From positions 570 to 64,569 of the IMG/VR virus record IMGVR_UViG_3300045978_000375: DNA of 64,000 nucleotides, one strand, 5' to 3'. The position numbers and the translations under genes were made by a program. Every line of letters begins with the position of its first letter. The stretch's first letter is position 1. The stretch is from a virus. Below the pieces are notes generated by a model that saw only the letters and a program-made list of their open reading frames with translations, searched no databases and was not told the DNA's origin. Positions 29,000 to 37,927 of the stretch are shown here, piece by piece.

Positions 29000-29449
29000 G
29001 TGCCCGGGTCCGTCGTCCCCCAGCCGATTCGAAGCTTCCTGCTCGGCGCTGAAGGCGTGCCGACGGGCAAGCCCATCGCGATCCTTGCGGACCCGATCGA
29101 TCCAGCGACCGGCGAGTACCTGTCGATCGCGCGTGGCTTCGACCCCGCCGACGCGGCCGTCTTCGTTGCACTGACGACGGTCCGTCGCTCGGGCAGCGCC
29201 GTAGAGAACGTCGGGCAAAGGTTCGCGGACCACAAACTCATCGACGGTGAGATCGCGCCCTTCCTGCGGGAAGAGGTGCGACTCGCGCTGAAGTCCCTCA
29301 TCGACCGGGGCGCCGTCACGCTCGACCGCGTCATCGTCGAGCCGAGCGGGGACACCGCAAACATCTTCGTCGAGTACACGAACGTCGCGCGGCAGAAGCG
29401 GCAGCTCGTCCAACTCCCGCCGAAGACTCTCCTCGGGATGGCGGCCTGA
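29000..29449 (+). CDS. baseplate protein (Mu gp46 position)
   Basis: 149 aa, GTG start, coupled to the next gene. Confidence 0.4.
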   Translation: MPGSVVPQPIRSFLLGAEGVPTGKPIAILADPIDPATGEYLSIARGFDPADAAVFVALTTVRRSGSAVENVGQRFADHKLIDGEIAPFLREEVRLALKSLIDRGAVTLDRVIVEPSGDTANIFVEYTNVARQKRQLVQLPPKTLLGMAA

Positions 29450-31044
29450 TGGCTCTCGCAACACCGGTCGACCGGGAGTTCAAGACGCAGCGCGCTGGCT
29501 TCATCCGCGACAGCGTGGTGCTCGCGCACTTCCGCGAAGGGCTCAGAGCACTGGTGAATCCCGAGACCGGGCAGGCCTTCACCGAGGACGAGATCGCTGC
29601 GGCGACGGCACCGGGCTCGACCTGGTACGTGCGAGCTCAGGCGATCGACGACCTCGGGCAGCAGGAGCAGCGGAACGCGCTCTACCTCGCCGACCAGATC
29701 CGCATCGAGCGCGCGACGGGCGGGTGGCTCATCAGCTACCACGGCGAGATCTGGCAGGAGAACCTACTGCCCGCGAGCGGCGCGTCGGGGCCAGTGACGG
29801 TGACGGGCGTGGCCGGCACGGTGGTGGTCGGCTCGACGACGCTCGGCGACCCGAACGCTTACACAGCTCGGGACCCCGCGGGAAACCTCTACCAAGTTTT
29901 CGTTTCGGCGACGATTGGTGCCCAGAGCTTCGTCACCTGCTCGATGATCGCTGTCAGCACCGGCACGGCGACGAACCTGCCGGCCGGTACGGTGCTCACG
30001 TGGGAGACGCGGGACCCGAACATGGGCCCGACCGCAACGGTGGCCGAGGACTTCCGGGGCGGCACCGACCAGGAGACGGAAGCGGAGTTCGCGTCACGGC
30101 TCGCGCAGATCATCCGCGACAAGCCGGGCGCCGGCAACGATGCCGAGCAGCGGTACTGGGCTCGAAAGAGCACGAACGCGGTCGAGGACGCCTTCGTCTA
30201 TCCCTGCGTGCTGAACGACGGCTCGTTCGCCATCGCGATCACGCAGAAGCGGGGGAGCTCGGTCGGCCCCATCGCGCGCATCCCGAGCACGAGCACGATC
30301 GCTGCCGCGCGCGCCTACCTCACGCCGCCGAGCTCGCCCGTGCAGCCGTCAAGGCCGTTTGGGCTCGTCGTGCCGGCTGCGTCCGAGGGCACGAATCTCG
30401 TCATTCAGCTCCGGATGCAGCGCGCGAGCAACGCCGGGTGGCGGGACTCGCAGCCATTCCCGAGAGTGGGCAGCCCGGTCTCGGGCGTGATCAGCGTCTC
30501 GAGCCAGACCGACTTCGTCATCACGAGCCCCAACGACCCGAACCTTCCCGGTTTGCCGGCGCTGTCCACCGCGACCGCGCCGAACGTACCCCATTTCGCC
30601 CTCTGGAACTTCCTCCGGTCCGAGTGGGTGGAGCTCGACATCGCGAGCGTGCAGCACACGAGTGGCACGAGCTATCGGGTGATCCTGAACTCGCCTCCGA
30701 ACTTCACCGTCTTTCCAGGCACGTACGCGAGCCCGGCGACAGAACGATTCAGCATCATCCGGCAGGCTGTTGAGGACTACTTCGACGAGCTCGGGCCGCA
30801 CGACTTCTTCGACGTGACGACGGACCCGCGAGGCGCGCGCTGCCTCCGCTTCCCCGACTTTGCCGAGCAGTGGCCGTCGCGCGCCGGCACGGACGTCGTA
30901 ACGCGCATTCTCGCGGCGCTCGGCAACACGAACGCCGACGGGGTCCTCACGTCCATCAGCAAGTCGGTGCCGAGCTACCAGCCGTCGCCGCAGCTCGGTC
31001 CGAAGATGCTCACGCTCGGCGCACTCGCCATTTACGAGCTCTAA
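29449..31044 (+). CDS. baseplate J-like protein (Mu gp47 position)
   Basis: 531 aa. Size and synteny. Confidence 0.5.
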   Translation: MALATPVDREFKTQRAGFIRDSVVLAHFREGLRALVNPETGQAFTEDEIAAATAPGSTWYVRAQAIDDLGQQEQRNALYLADQIRIERATGGWLISYHGEIWQENLLPASGASGPVTVTGVAGTVVVGSTTLGDPNAYTARDPAGNLYQVFVSATIGAQSFVTCSMIAVSTGTATNLPAGTVLTWETRDPNMGPTATVAEDFRGGTDQETEAEFASRLAQIIRDKPGAGNDAEQRYWARKSTNAVEDAFVYPCVLNDGSFAIAITQKRGSSVGPIARIPSTSTIAAARAYLTPPSSPVQPSRPFGLVVPAASEGTNLVIQLRMQRASNAGWRDSQPFPRVGSPVSGVISVSSQTDFVITSPNDPNLPGLPALSTATAPNVPHFALWNFLRSEWVELDIASVQHTSGTSYRVILNSPPNFTVFPGTYASPATERFSIIRQAVEDYFDELGPHDFFDVTTDPRGARCLRFPDFAEQWPSRAGTDVVTRILAALGNTNADGVLTSISKSVPSYQPSPQLGPKMLTLGALAIYEL

Positions 31045-31047
31045 GCC

Positions 31048-31545
31048 ATGGGAATCGGTTTTCCTCGTCGCCTCATTCGGTCGCACCTCGGGCCGAAGCT
31101 TCGGAACAACTATCCGGTGGAAAACCCGGCAAGCGACGTCGGCGATGCGACGCTGAACGGCCTCTTCTGGAACACCGCCGGCCTCGGGCTCGTCGGCGCG
31201 CGCTGGGTCGTCATCGCTGCGTGGAACGGCTCGCAGCTCGTCATCCAGCACCAGGCAGAGGCGTGGAACCCGGAGAACGACCAGGCCCACCCCGTGCTCG
31301 CGCGCACCGGCACCGGCACCTACACCTACACGTTCGCGTCGACCTACCTCGACGAAGATGGAGTCGCGGTCCCGACGGTCATCTACGCGCCCAATGGGTG
31401 CGTGAACCGTACCCTCTCGGCAGCGTCCGAGCGGACCGACCTCTACGCGTGGATCCCGGTCGGCACGCCGCTCGTCGTGCAGGCGCGGCAGTGGGATGAC
31501 GGCGGCACCGCACGGGACGAGCCGTTCGCGCTCGCGGGCTGGTGA
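31048..31545 (+). CDS. hypothetical baseplate/tail protein
   Basis: 165 aa, coupled downstream. Confidence 0.45.
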   Translation: MGIGFPRRLIRSHLGPKLRNNYPVENPASDVGDATLNGLFWNTAGLGLVGARWVVIAAWNGSQLVIQHQAEAWNPENDQAHPVLARTGTGTYTYTFASTYLDEDGVAVPTVIYAPNGCVNRTLSAASERTDLYAWIPVGTPLVVQARQWDDGGTARDEPFALAGW

Positions 31546-32252
31546 TGCTCGGCAGCCTGAACCCACTGCCTTTCCAGGTTGGCGGCGGCCCCACCCGGAG
31601 TTCAAAGGCCTACCAGACGCTCCGGCAGGCGGTCGGCCAGGGCGGGAGCGCCAAGAGCGACCTCGGCATCGACGGCCTCTGGCGGCGCGCAGAGGCGAAG
31701 GGCATGGCGGCGGCGACGAGCTCGACCCGGCGGGCGCTCTTTCAGGCGTTCCCTCAGTGCGCGACCGACCTCATCCCCTACTACGAGCGGCGGCTCGGGC
31801 TTACGCCGGGCGCGACGGACAACGAGGAGCAGCGGCGGCGTGCTGTCGTCGTGCGCTGGGTGCAAAAGCCCATCAGGAGCTGGCCCGAGCTCGAGCAGGC
31901 GCTCAAGGCCATCGATCCGCGCTTCGCGCTCGTCCTACCGTCCGACTCGATCGAGATTGTCGGGTGGATGGGGCGAGCGTTCGATGCGTACATCCCAAGC
32001 GACGCGACGAATGGGCCGCCGATGGGCCTGCCGGGCGGCTGTTCGCTCTTGCCAGGTTACTCGACGCGGGACCTTCTCCGCGTGTCGTTCCCGCCTGGCT
32101 ATGTGGGAGTGCCGACGCCAGCGGACCTCGAGCGCATCGAGCGGGCCAAGCGCCTGCTCCGGAGCACGCTCGCTCCCTGGGTGAATTTCCAGATTTCGAT
32201 CGGCCCTTGGAAGCTCAGTGAAACGCCGATCGGCTACGGAGAACTCGCATGA
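31542..32252 (+). CDS. tail protein (Mu gp48 / DUF2313-like position)
   Basis: 236 aa. The YYERRLGL...EEQRRRAVVVRW segment resembles that family. Confidence 0.45.
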   Translation: MMLGSLNPLPFQVGGGPTRSSKAYQTLRQAVGQGGSAKSDLGIDGLWRRAEAKGMAAATSSTRRALFQAFPQCATDLIPYYERRLGLTPGATDNEEQRRRAVVVRWVQKPIRSWPELEQALKAIDPRFALVLPSDSIEIVGWMGRAFDAYIPSDATNGPPMGLPGGCSLLPGYSTRDLLRVSFPPGYVGVPTPADLERIERAKRLLRSTLAPWVNFQISIGPWKLSETPIGYGELA

Positions 32253-33301
32253 CTCAACCCGCCTGGCCGTTCGTTCTGCCGCACGGCGGCTCGTACACGT
32301 CGGGGCAGGTGCCGAGCCACACCGAACTGAACCTCCTGCAGGAGCAGAGTGCGGCCGCGGCGGACGGCCGCATTTGGACCGATCTCGCGGCGCTCAAAAA
32401 CTCCCGCTTGCTCACCTCCGGAACGCTGCCGGCGACGATGGGGCCGAACGCTGTAGCGCACGACCCGGTCTCGCGGCGCTGGTTCATGTTCGGCGCGACG
32501 TCGGGAGCGGCCGCTTGGGCTTGGACGATGGGGTCCCGCATCGTCGGCAATGGTGCGACCGGTGACCTCACCGATGTTGTGTGCGCAGCGTCGAGCCCCG
32601 CGGGCGTAGTGCTAGCCGGCGGCGCGAACAGCGGCTCCACGCTGAAGATCACCGAAACGAGCAACGCCGGGATGAATTGGACGCCGCGGAGCATCGGCTC
32701 TGCCGACAGCACCATCGTCCGGTCTCTCGCCTACGTGCAGTCGCTCGGACTTTGGCTTGCAGCCAAGTCGGCGACGGGGGATGCCGGGATCTGGTCCTCC
32801 AGCGACCGCATCACGTGGACGAAGCGCTCGGGCCTCTACGGGATGTTCGTCGTGAGGGAGAGCCCCACGCGCATCCTCGCGGTGAACCAGATCACGACGC
32901 CGGGGACTCAGTACGTCTACAGTGACGACGGCATCACGTGGACGACGCAGACCTTCCCCGTGAATCTCGGCACCTCGGCCCACCGAGGCTGTTGGTCGGA
33001 CCATTACGGCAAGTTCTACGTGGTGGCTCCCGCCGACGGCGTGTACTCGTCCTCTGACGGCCTCACGGGCAGCTGGACGCAGATCTCCACGCAGAACGAT
33101 GCGTCCGTCGCCTGCCTCGGCCGCGCCCTCCTCATCGGGAACGGCACGACGAGCGTGGACGGCGGAGCGACGTGGATCCCGGTGGTGGACGTTCCGAACG
33201 CAACGACAACCCTCGAGTGGCATGCAGCACCGGGGATCGGCGCGCTCGGACTTCGAACGTCCATTCCGGAATTGTACCTGTCCCTCCTCGGCGGCTTCTG
33301 A
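32249..33301 (+). CDS. tail-fibre / receptor-binding protein with BNR (Asp-box)-like beta-propeller repeats
   Basis: Repeated S-x-D-x-G-x-T-W-like boxes: SNAGMNWTP, SSDRITWTK, SDDGITWTT, SSDGLTGSWTQ, SVDGGATWIP. Confidence 0.6.
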   Translation: MTQPAWPFVLPHGGSYTSGQVPSHTELNLLQEQSAAAADGRIWTDLAALKNSRLLTSGTLPATMGPNAVAHDPVSRRWFMFGATSGAAAWAWTMGSRIVGNGATGDLTDVVCAASSPAGVVLAGGANSGSTLKITETSNAGMNWTPRSIGSADSTIVRSLAYVQSLGLWLAAKSATGDAGIWSSSDRITWTKRSGLYGMFVVRESPTRILAVNQITTPGTQYVYSDDGITWTTQTFPVNLGTSAHRGCWSDHYGKFYVVAPADGVYSSSDGLTGSWTQISTQNDASVACLGRALLIGNGTTSVDGGATWIPVVDVPNATTTLEWHAAPGIGALGLRTSIPELYLSLLGGF

Positions 33302-33675
33302 TGGCGGACTTCGACCTCAAGGTCGCGCTCGGCACCACACTGCAAAAGTGGGTCGATCCACCCGGCCCGAACGGCGAGCCCTCGAGGCTCCAGCCCCACC
33401 CGGGGAGGGAGCAGCTCTACTACCTCGGGCACGTCGCGTCGCTCATCATCATCCATGCGGTCGTGAACCTTGTCGAGGCGCCGGACGACAGCGCACTCGG
33501 CGGCCGGCTCTTTTATGCCTTTCAGGCCGAGGGAGTCGTGCCGCAGATCCTGACGAGCCCGCTCGGGATGAGTGCGCGCGTGAGCTGGCTGCCGTCCTAT
33601 CCGGGGCACTACGTGATTGGCGTCCGCAGGCCAGACGGCGGCGCCGTACTCGTGCCTTTCGACATCGCGGCGTGA
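33301..33675 (+). CDS. hypothetical protein (fibre-accessory position)
   Basis: Internal ATG overlapping the upstream TGA. 124 aa. Confidence 0.4.
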   Translation: MADFDLKVALGTTLQKWVDPPGPNGEPSRLQPHPGREQLYYLGHVASLIIIHAVVNLVEAPDDSALGGRLFYAFQAEGVVPQILTSPLGMSARVSWLPSYPGHYVIGVRRPDGGAVLVPFDIAA

Positions 33676-33681
33676 GGAGCC

Positions 33682-34743
33682 ATGCCGACGATTGACGAAC
33701 TCTCTCCCCGGACGGTCCGCGAGAAGAAGCTCGACGTCCAGCTCGCGCCGAACGACACGGCGCCCCGAGCGCGAAGCCCCGTCACGCTCCTCGTGTCGTA
33801 TGACCGCACGCTTCCAGCCGGAGTGATGCTACCGATCCTCTTCGAGGTGCAGGGGCCGAGTGCCTCGAGCTACCAGCGGCGCGAGTTTTTGAAGCACAAG
33901 CCGACGACCGTCATCTTCACGCCTCGCGAGGGAGGCCGTCATCATGTGACGGTGCGTGAGGTCGGACATAACCTTTGGTGGGGGTCGCTCGCGTTCGAAG
34001 TGGCTGGCGACGAGCTTCGGGCTGAGCCATTGCGCGCGAAGCTGCCGCCAGCGGTCCTGCCGGCGGCGCTACCGAACGAACCACCGCCGCCACCGCCGCC
34101 AGCCGGCCCGACCACGACACCGTCGTGGATTGCAGTCGGCGTGGCGGACACGACAGGAACGAGCAGTGCAGCTCCGGCCTATGGGAGCAACAACGCCGGC
34201 GACCTGTTCGTGATGGTGGTGGGTGGCCGCATCAGTGCGTTCACGACGCCGTCGGGCTGGACCTTGCAGGCTGGTCCAAACGAGTTGGGTGGGCGGCGCT
34301 GCTACATTCTCACCCGGGACGCGAGGAGCAGCGGTGCCGAGTCGGGCACGGTTGCGGTGACGCTGACCGCAAACTCGCAGATCTCGACCATTCATACGTT
34401 CCGGGACGTTGCGACCAGCTCTTTCGTCGAGGATCCGTCGACAGATGGGCTGTCGAGTGGCAACTCCGGTGTGCTGCCTCCCGATATTACCGCGGGAGGT
34501 GTGCACCGCCTGGCGGTCTTTGCGGCCGGTGGTGGCACGGCTGTCGTACTGGCTGACGACATCACGGGCGAGACCGGTGGCACATGGGTGCTTCGGGACG
34601 AGGACACGAGCGGGACGGGTTCCGATTCCGCCTATGGCCTCTACACGGCTGCCCTGAGCGCGGGCGGCACGATCGCCGGTGGCGCCGGTGTGGTCGACGT
34701 CGAGGAGCACAGTTCGGTGGGCTTCGCCCTAGTCGGCACCTGA
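33682..34743 (+). CDS. second fibre-like protein
   Basis: 353 aa. N-domain, PPPPPPP linker, beta-rich C-domain. Confidence 0.45.
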   Translation: MPTIDELSPRTVREKKLDVQLAPNDTAPRARSPVTLLVSYDRTLPAGVMLPILFEVQGPSASSYQRREFLKHKPTTVIFTPREGGRHHVTVREVGHNLWWGSLAFEVAGDELRAEPLRAKLPPAVLPAALPNEPPPPPPPAGPTTTPSWIAVGVADTTGTSSAAPAYGSNNAGDLFVMVVGGRISAFTTPSGWTLQAGPNELGGRRCYILTRDARSSGAESGTVAVTLTANSQISTIHTFRDVATSSFVEDPSTDGLSSGNSGVLPPDITAGGVHRLAVFAAGGGTAVVLADDITGETGGTWVLRDEDTSGTGSDSAYGLYTAALSAGGTIAGGAGVVDVEEHSSVGFALVGT

Positions 34744-34774
34744 CAGGGTCAAGCGGCGGGGGTGGCGGCAGGTT

Positions 34775-35377
34775 GTGGGCACCATGAACCCAACCACGGT
34801 CAAAGTCGCCTCTATTATCGCGGGCGTCGTCGTGCTCGCAATTGCCGTGTTCGGCCCCGGCCTCACGCCAGAGATCCGAGGTGGCTTGATCCTGATGGGC
34901 GGCTTCCTGCTCGGCTACCCGGTGGCCGCTCCCGGTGCCGGAAAGGCCGGCATGCTGCTGCTTGCGCTCGCTCTGCCGCCCGCGCTCACGGGCTGCGCCT
35001 CGACGGCGGCGCCGAAGGACGGCGCGTCAGTCCGGCGGGCGGCGCAGGGCGCCTACACGGGTGCCGCCCTGCTCATCCGGGCGGTCGACGACCTCGCCGC
35101 GCGCGCCATGGATGCCGCCCAGAACCCGACGCCGGAACAGATCAAGGCCGCCGAGTCCGTCGTCGCGGTTTTGAAGTCTGCTAGGGACGCCCTGGAGAAG
35201 GCGCGCCCCTGCATCGCTGATGGTGGCTCTTGCGGCGAGCAGTTCGGTGATGTTGCGAACTGGCTCCTGACGGCCTCCGTGCTCGCATCCGACCTCACGG
35301 GCAAGCCACTCCCACCCGAGATCAGCGGTGTCCTCGACTTCGTTCTCGCGTACGCGGGAAAGGACGGTGCTAAATGA
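34775..35377 (+). CDS. membrane protein with two TM helices followed by an internal lipobox-like motif (holin/spanin-like)
   Basis: TM segments VASIIAGVVVLAIAVFG and GLILMGGFLLGYPV, then MLLLALALPPALTGC, then a helical soluble part. First gene of the lysis region. Confidence 0.45.
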   Translation: MGTMNPTTVKVASIIAGVVVLAIAVFGPGLTPEIRGGLILMGGFLLGYPVAAPGAGKAGMLLLALALPPALTGCASTAAPKDGASVRRAAQGAYTGAALLIRAVDDLAARAMDAAQNPTPEQIKAAESVVAVLKSARDALEKARPCIADGGSCGEQFGDVANWLLTASVLASDLTGKPLPPEISGVLDFVLAYAGKDGAK

Positions 35378-35553
35378 ACGCTGCTGCCATCCTCCGAGCT
35401 GCCGCGGCCATCGCCCCCGAAGCACTCCGGGCGCTCATCGACTGGCTTGACGGAGCCGACGGTGACGACCCGGACGCGTTGGCCGAGCTCCCAGAGGTCC
35501 TGAAGAGCGAGCTCGCGCTGGAGCGGATGAAGGCGCGAGCGGCCAATCCGTGA
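35374..35553 (+). CDS. possible small acidic protein (59 aa)
   Basis: ATG overlaps the upstream TGA and its stop overlaps the next GTG. Below the track cutoff. Confidence 0.3.
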   Translation: MNAAAILRAAAAIAPEALRALIDWLDGADGDDPDALAELPEVLKSELALERMKARAANP

Positions 35554-35735
35554 CTCCCGAGTCCATCGCCATCAGCGTGCTCGCCGTCCTCTCGCTCGTA
35601 GCGATCGGGGGCTGGGCCTCCCAGCTAGCGCGAGCTCGGCGGGCCGAGGCGAAGCTCGATGCCCTGACCGTTCGGATTGCGCGGACCGAACCGCCGCCGG
35701 CGCCGCTGACGTTTCCACCAGGTGGCGCAGCGTGA
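35550..35735 (+). CDS. small single-TM protein (holin/spanin candidate)
   Basis: 61 aa. TM IAISVLAVLSLVAIGGW. Confidence 0.4.
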   Translation: MTPESIAISVLAVLSLVAIGGWASQLARARRAEAKLDALTVRIARTEPPPAPLTFPPGGAA

Positions 35736-35914
35736 GCGACTCCTGGCACGTCCTCGGAGACTATATCGGGGCCTGCATCGTCGTCGTGTCGGTGCTCGCG
35801 GCCCTGCACTACCGCGGGCAGGCGAAGGAGCGCACCGAGGAGCTCGAGCGGCTCGAACAGACGCTCGACGAGGTACTAGCCGACGACGAGCCGAAGACGC
35901 CGAGGTCGAAGTGA
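35732..35914 (+). CDS. small single-TM protein (holin/spanin candidate)
   Basis: 60 aa. TM IGACIVVVSVLAAL followed by a charged helix. Confidence 0.4.
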   Translation: MSDSWHVLGDYIGACIVVVSVLAALHYRGQAKERTEELERLEQTLDEVLADDEPKTPRSK

Positions 35915-36387
35915 TAAAAGCCGTTCTGTTCGCCCTTTCGCTCGTTGCATCTGCACCATCCGAGCGTGGGACGCCCGAAAAAATCGCTCAGCAAAACGCG
36001 CTCGCGGCGGCCATTGCCGAGTTTGCCCGCACGGCAGATGAGGTGGCATTCCTCGTGGCCTGGGGTGCGCACGAGACGCACTTCGCACTGCGAATACACG
36101 TCGGTCAGTGCCGCCGTTGGGAATGCGACCGGGGCCGAGCTCGAGGCCCGTGGCAGGCGCACCGCAACGGGATGAGCGCCGAAGAGTGGGCCCGGATGCA
36201 TGGGGTCGAGAACACGCGCACACAGGCCGCACGCGCCGCTCGTCACGCCCGCTGGGCTCTCAGGCAATGCCCGGATGACCGCCTACGAGGCGCGTTCCGG
36301 GTGCTAGCCGGGCTGCCCTGCTACCGGCCGCTCCGGGGCGAAGACGCTCGGGTTGCGACCTTCCAGCGGGTCCGGAGGGCGCTCTGA
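35911..36387 (+). CDS. putative endolysin, lytic-transglycosylase-like, with signal/anchor N-terminus
   Basis: GTG overlapping the upstream TGA. N-terminal VIKAVLFALSLVASAPS. AWGAHETHF and RGPWQ segments loosely resemble SLT motifs. Confidence 0.4.
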   Translation: MIKAVLFALSLVASAPSERGTPEKIAQQNALAAAIAEFARTADEVAFLVAWGAHETHFALRIHVGQCRRWECDRGRARGPWQAHRNGMSAEEWARMHGVENTRTQAARAARHARWALRQCPDDRLRGAFRVLAGLPCYRPLRGEDARVATFQRVRRAL

Positions 36388-37115
36388 TGGTCGTCGCCTG
36401 TGCCGCGCTCTGGCCTGATGGCACCGCTCACACGGTGAACCACTGGGGCCATATCGCTGGCGAGCTCGGCAGCAACGCTCCGCTCGCGCGTCCGTGGCTG
36501 CTCTGCCTGCGTGGTGTGCGGCCGTTTGCGACGGAGACTCACGAGCTCATGCACAGCCCCGAATACGACGACACGGGCGTTTTGCTCTACCCGGGCGACG
36601 CGCCGATCGTTTTTCCGATGGCCTCGCACGCGTACCAAGCGCGCAGTCGCCTTTCGCCCGACGTGAATCGAGACGGACAGGGTGACGTGGGAAGCATCCG
36701 ACCGGGGCGCTACGTGCTGCACGACCTCGGGACCGAGGAGTGCATCTTTCATGTGCGGAACCCCGACGGCTCCGACCGCCTGCCCTGCTGGCGCGACTTC
36801 AATGGCGATCGGTTCCTTTCGGCGGAGGAGATGAGGCGGTCCGAAGCGCTCCGTACCGGGGCACAGGTGGGCGCCGACGGGACGTGGGCCGACTCGATTC
36901 TGCTGCACGGTGGCCTCGACTCGCCGCCAGACGCGAAGCACCGCTACTCGATTGGCTGCCTGACGGCGCCGCTCGCTCGTCGTGACATGCTCCGTCGGCG
37001 CGCGAAGCTACACGGCGGCGAGATCGACCTCGTACTCGCCAACGCGAGTGATGTTTTGCCGTTGGCCGCAGAGGCGCGACGCTTGTACGGCCAGAAGCCC
37101 GAGGATATTGCTTGA
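36387..37115 (+). CDS. L,D-transpeptidase (YkuD)-fold-like cell-wall enzyme
   Basis: ILLHGGLDSPPDAKHRYSIGCLT matches the H-G...S-x-G-C spacing of YkuD catalytic sites. Adjacent to the endolysin. Confidence 0.4.
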   Translation: MVVACAALWPDGTAHTVNHWGHIAGELGSNAPLARPWLLCLRGVRPFATETHELMHSPEYDDTGVLLYPGDAPIVFPMASHAYQARSRLSPDVNRDGQGDVGSIRPGRYVLHDLGTEECIFHVRNPDGSDRLPCWRDFNGDRFLSAEEMRRSEALRTGAQVGADGTWADSILLHGGLDSPPDAKHRYSIGCLTAPLARRDMLRRRAKLHGGEIDLVLANASDVLPLAAEARRLYGQKPEDIA

Positions 37116-37927
37116 GCCACGACGACGAGGACTTTCCATCCCATACCGTGCACGCGCCGCCGGCCCCTCGGCTCCCGCGGATCGACCGCGACACCGAGCC
37201 ACCGCCGACGCACCCGGATGCGAGCCCGCGCCCGTTCACGCCACTACCAGATGTGCCGAGTGAGCTCGCCGCGACCGAGCGCGCAAAGCCGTCGATCCCG
37301 CCGGGCGCCGAATATTTCGACTGGGCTCTCGAGAAGCTCGTAGAGGCGAAGCGGGCGATCGACGGCTACCAGCATGAACTCCTCGACCCGCAGGGTGTGC
37401 ATGCCCGGCGGTTCAGCGACCTTCACGCGCTCGTTGTCGAAACATTCCGCACCGTCACCGACCGGCTGAACTACGGCGCGAGCGTGATGATGAGCCACGC
37501 GCTGATGATCGGCGAGATCCAAGGCCGTCAGCCCAACGGGCTCGGAGGCAAACGGATCCTCATCGTCGAGGATGAGCCTGTGCTCCTGCATGTGCTCTCG
37601 ACCGCGCTCTCCAAGCGGGGCGCACGGGTGTTCACTGCGCATTCGCGTGAGGAAGCGTCCCGAGTGATCGGAGCGGTGCAGGTCCATGCGGCGCTGCTCG
37701 ACCTTAGGATCCCTACGCCGCTCGATGGGCTCGAGCTCGCCCGAGAGCTGAGGATCCGACAGCCGCTGACTCCCGTCGTCATCATCACCGGCGCCCCGCA
37801 CGAGGCGATCTTCGAGATGGAAACCTTCGCCGTGCTCGAGAAGCCGTGCTCGCTCGAGCTGCTCGAGAAGACGCTCCACGAGGCGATCGATGCCGCCGCA
37901 GCCGCCGCGACGCCCCCCGCGACCTGA
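37112..37927 (+). CDS. response-regulator receiver (REC) domain protein with unique Pro-rich/helical N-terminal region
   Basis: KRILIVEDEP...ALLDLRIP...VVIITG...LEKP gives the DD / D / T / K landmarks of CheY-like receivers. No output domain recognised. Confidence 0.7.
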   Translation: MSHDDEDFPSHTVHAPPAPRLPRIDRDTEPPPTHPDASPRPFTPLPDVPSELAATERAKPSIPPGAEYFDWALEKLVEAKRAIDGYQHELLDPQGVHARRFSDLHALVVETFRTVTDRLNYGASVMMSHALMIGEIQGRQPNGLGGKRILIVEDEPVLLHVLSTALSKRGARVFTAHSREEASRVIGAVQVHAALLDLRIPTPLDGLELARELRIRQPLTPVVIITGAPHEAIFEMETFAVLEKPCSLELLEKTLHEAIDAAAAAATPPAT

